The notes below the pieces were generated by a model. The model had not been told where the DNA came from, did not search any database, and worked only from the letters and a program-made list of their open reading frames with translations. From assembly GCA_963422365.1 (NCBI GenBank), contig OY729426.1, positions 2,336,001 to 2,400,000 of the forward strand: DNA of 64,000 bases. The letters are read 5' to 3'. The stretch's first letter is position 1. Each line of letters begins with the position of its first letter. The position numbers were made by a program, and so were the translations under genes. Below, piece by piece: positions 62,182 to 64,000 of the stretch. The stretch is from Nitrospirales bacterium. GTDB lineage: Bacteria > Nitrospirota > Nitrospiria > Nitrospirales > UBA8639.

Positions 62182-63498
62182 TTAATTGAAATCTTCTATC
62201 GAAGGAAGATCCTGTCCCTCTTTTAAGCTGGACAAATAATCCACAATTTTGTTGACGGCTCCAGCACTTAATATTTGTCCGAAATTTTTTGGCATTTGGT
62301 TATCCGGAAAATCTTTCACAACATACATGCTGGGATTCAAAATCGACTCGGTGATGTATTCACGGGTCGACATCGCATGCCCGTTATACCCGGGATCTTT
62401 CAGCCGTTGGGGAGCATTACTGCCTTCCATCAACAAGGGACCCACTTTCCCCGTTGCGTCTTTAATTCCTGGAATCGTATGACAGGCAGGGCACCCCGCT
62501 TTCATGAAGAGATCCGTAATGGGCTCCTCGCCGGTAGCCAACACACCTCCAGTGGCTTCATCCCCTCCGGCACTCGCCTGTGGCCGATCTGCTTCTGGGA
62601 TAAATTTTTCATAAGACATTGAAATTTCCTCATATGTGGGGGCTTCCTTCCCTTCACGAACGTACAGCCAGGTATCCACCGCTGCCAATTCTCCGAGAGT
62701 CAGCGAAATTGGTGGCTTGTGAATTCTGGGCATAGGGCTTTCCATGTCGTTTGTTCCCTTTACGCCAAATCCAGGAACAACAAAACAATTCGGACAGGCA
62801 TGTGACTCAGCGATATATTCTTGACCGGTCTTGGCCGCCCCCGATCCCTCAAACGCTTCTTTTTGCACGGTATCCCGCGCAGCAGGATCCTTCATATGAT
62901 ATTTTTCGTGCTTCAACCGCTCTTCTGCTCTGGCAGGAATATCCCAAAGATTCGGGGCACGTTCACTTAAGAATCCCTGATTGAACCCATGGCACAAGGG
63001 ACATTGGCCTTTCCCTATAGCCCCCTGAACCTTACTTTGTCCAAGACCGCCGAAAATGATTTTTTCCCCCTCATCGGCCAATTGTTGAGGCGTCATACTC
63101 TGGAAGTCCAACTTTACTTCCGGAGGCGCAAACCCCCCTTCTACCTGAGGCAACCAATTTCCATATCCGGAAAGCGCCGCAGCCACAAGAAACATAAACC
63201 CCCCGATTTTCATGAGGGCCCCGATGTTGGTGAAATAAATACCCATAATGTACGTCAAACAGGTAATCATCACCAATGAGACGGGCAGCAGTCGACTTTC
63301 CCCATAGAAATTATTCTTGTAATTCGCAATGGCCATAAAGGCCATAAAGGCACACAGAACACCGATAAATGTCTTAAACGCTGCATGCCGCCTTTGGACC
63401 GGATCGGTCAGTTTTGCCTGAAAATACACCAAGAGCCCTATCAAAAAGGCGAATGCAGGCCATCCAATCGAAATTGCTTCCGTAATTAATTCAACCAC
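62182..63498 (-). CDS. Membrane-anchored diheme cytochrome c
   Basis: Four TM segments; CPLCH...SPMP and CPACH...NQMP; extra HACPNC. Confidence 0.85.
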   Translation of the reverse strand: MVELITEAISIGWPAFAFLIGLLVYFQAKLTDPVQRRHAAFKTFIGVLCAFMAFMAIANYKNNFYGESRLLPVSLVMITCLTYIMGIYFTNIGALMKIGGFMFLVAAALSGYGNWLPQVEGGFAPPEVKLDFQSMTPQQLADEGEKIIFGGLGQSKVQGAIGKGQCPLCHGFNQGFLSERAPNLWDIPARAEERLKHEKYHMKDPAARDTVQKEAFEGSGAAKTGQEYIAESHACPNCFVVPGFGVKGTNDMESPMPRIHKPPISLTLGELAAVDTWLYVREGKEAPTYEEISMSYEKFIPEADRPQASAGGDEATGGVLATGEEPITDLFMKAGCPACHTIPGIKDATGKVGPLLMEGSNAPQRLKDPGYNGHAMSTREYITESILNPSMYVVKDFPDNQMPKNFGQILSAGAVNKIVDYLSSLKEGQDLPSIEDFN

Positions 63499-63593
63499 CT
63501 TGCCCCTCCACCAAAATGAGGCTAACCCTATTCTACGTTCAGGACACCCTCATTATGAAAAAATCATCACGCATTGCTATACGCAGTTAATGA

Positions 63594-64000
63594 TTAATGA
63601 CCAGTTGCAGGCTGTGGCGCGGGAGTACCAGGAACAGGTTGCGACGCAGGTACAGGCACTTTCTTGGCACCCAGCGCTCCAAGCCAAAAGACAAAGAGAA
63701 TCGTGATCCAGAAGAACAGCACATTAAAGGAGATCACATTCGCCCCAAACCCAATGGTATGCGTATACGCCCACGGGGAATTGTCGCGCATAATTTCATT
63801 GACGTGCCAGAACAGCCTCACCGATGACCGAATGTAACCCATCAATCCCATCATCCACGTAAAGGCCGTTGCCAACATAATTAAGGCATACTGTGACCGT
63901 GGCGCAATCTGACCCCATCGAATTGGTCCGAGTTCCCTGGACTTACTCAACATCGCCAGATTTAAAGCTGACCCAAAAAATAAGCACGAGAGCGTTCCAG
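63594..64000 (-). CDS. 3' end of cytochrome bd-like (CydA-like) oxidase subunit, truncated by window edge
   Basis: WG....RSQYAL, TWMMGLMGYIRS..R..WHV pattern resembling the CydA C-terminus; cytochrome operon context. Confidence 0.7.
   Translation of the reverse strand, partial: GTLSCLFFGSALNLAMLSKSRELGPIRWGQIAPRSQYALIMLATAFTWMMGLMGYIRSSVRLFWHVNEIMRDNSPWAYTHTIGFGANVISFNVLFFWITILFVFWLGALGAKKVPVPASQPVPGTPAPQPATGH

Noticed and set aside
1..64000. CRISPR array, tRNA, rRNA, IS transposase, integrase, nxrA/nxrB
   Set aside because: No repeat-spacer periodicity, cloverleaf or diagnostic protein motifs seen by eye; small ncRNAs cannot be excluded without a covariance search.

Overview
Bacterial chromosomal window, most plausibly from a nitrite-oxidising Nitrospira/Nitrospirales (inferred from gene content; possibly a marine or host-associated lineage). 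It has two very different halves. (1) 1-29.6 kb: intact housekeeping genes (glutathione peroxidase, aguA/aguB, yihY, pal, amgK/murU, gnd-zwf, pgi-tkt) interleaved with about nine decaying accessory loci. These include a fused restriction-modification system next to an orphan integron attC site, a methyltransferase inside the agu operon, a TPR gene, a GGDEF-EAL gene, ttuAB, and a membrane-protein gene carrying an in-frame REP palindrome. (2) 29.7-64 kb: no visible lesions. After ilvD comes a large, almost entirely minus-strand respiratory/molybdoenzyme-biogenesis neighbourhood: two pentaheme cytochromes, PDZ, three EB_dh/NxrC-like heme proteins, a Cys-rich NHL propeller, tatA, TPR, a membrane protein, a B12-dependent radical SAM, a TorD-like chaperone, a NapF/G-like ferredoxin, an HExxH/Zn-finger protein, WD40, a sigma54 two-component system with a Cys4 linker, secDF-yajC-tgt-argS, mobA, membrane cytochromes c and the 3' end of a cytochrome bd-like oxidase. 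nxrAB are not in the window. No rRNA, tRNA, CRISPR array, integrase or transposase was recognised. All assignments come from motif recognition by eye; no database search was run.
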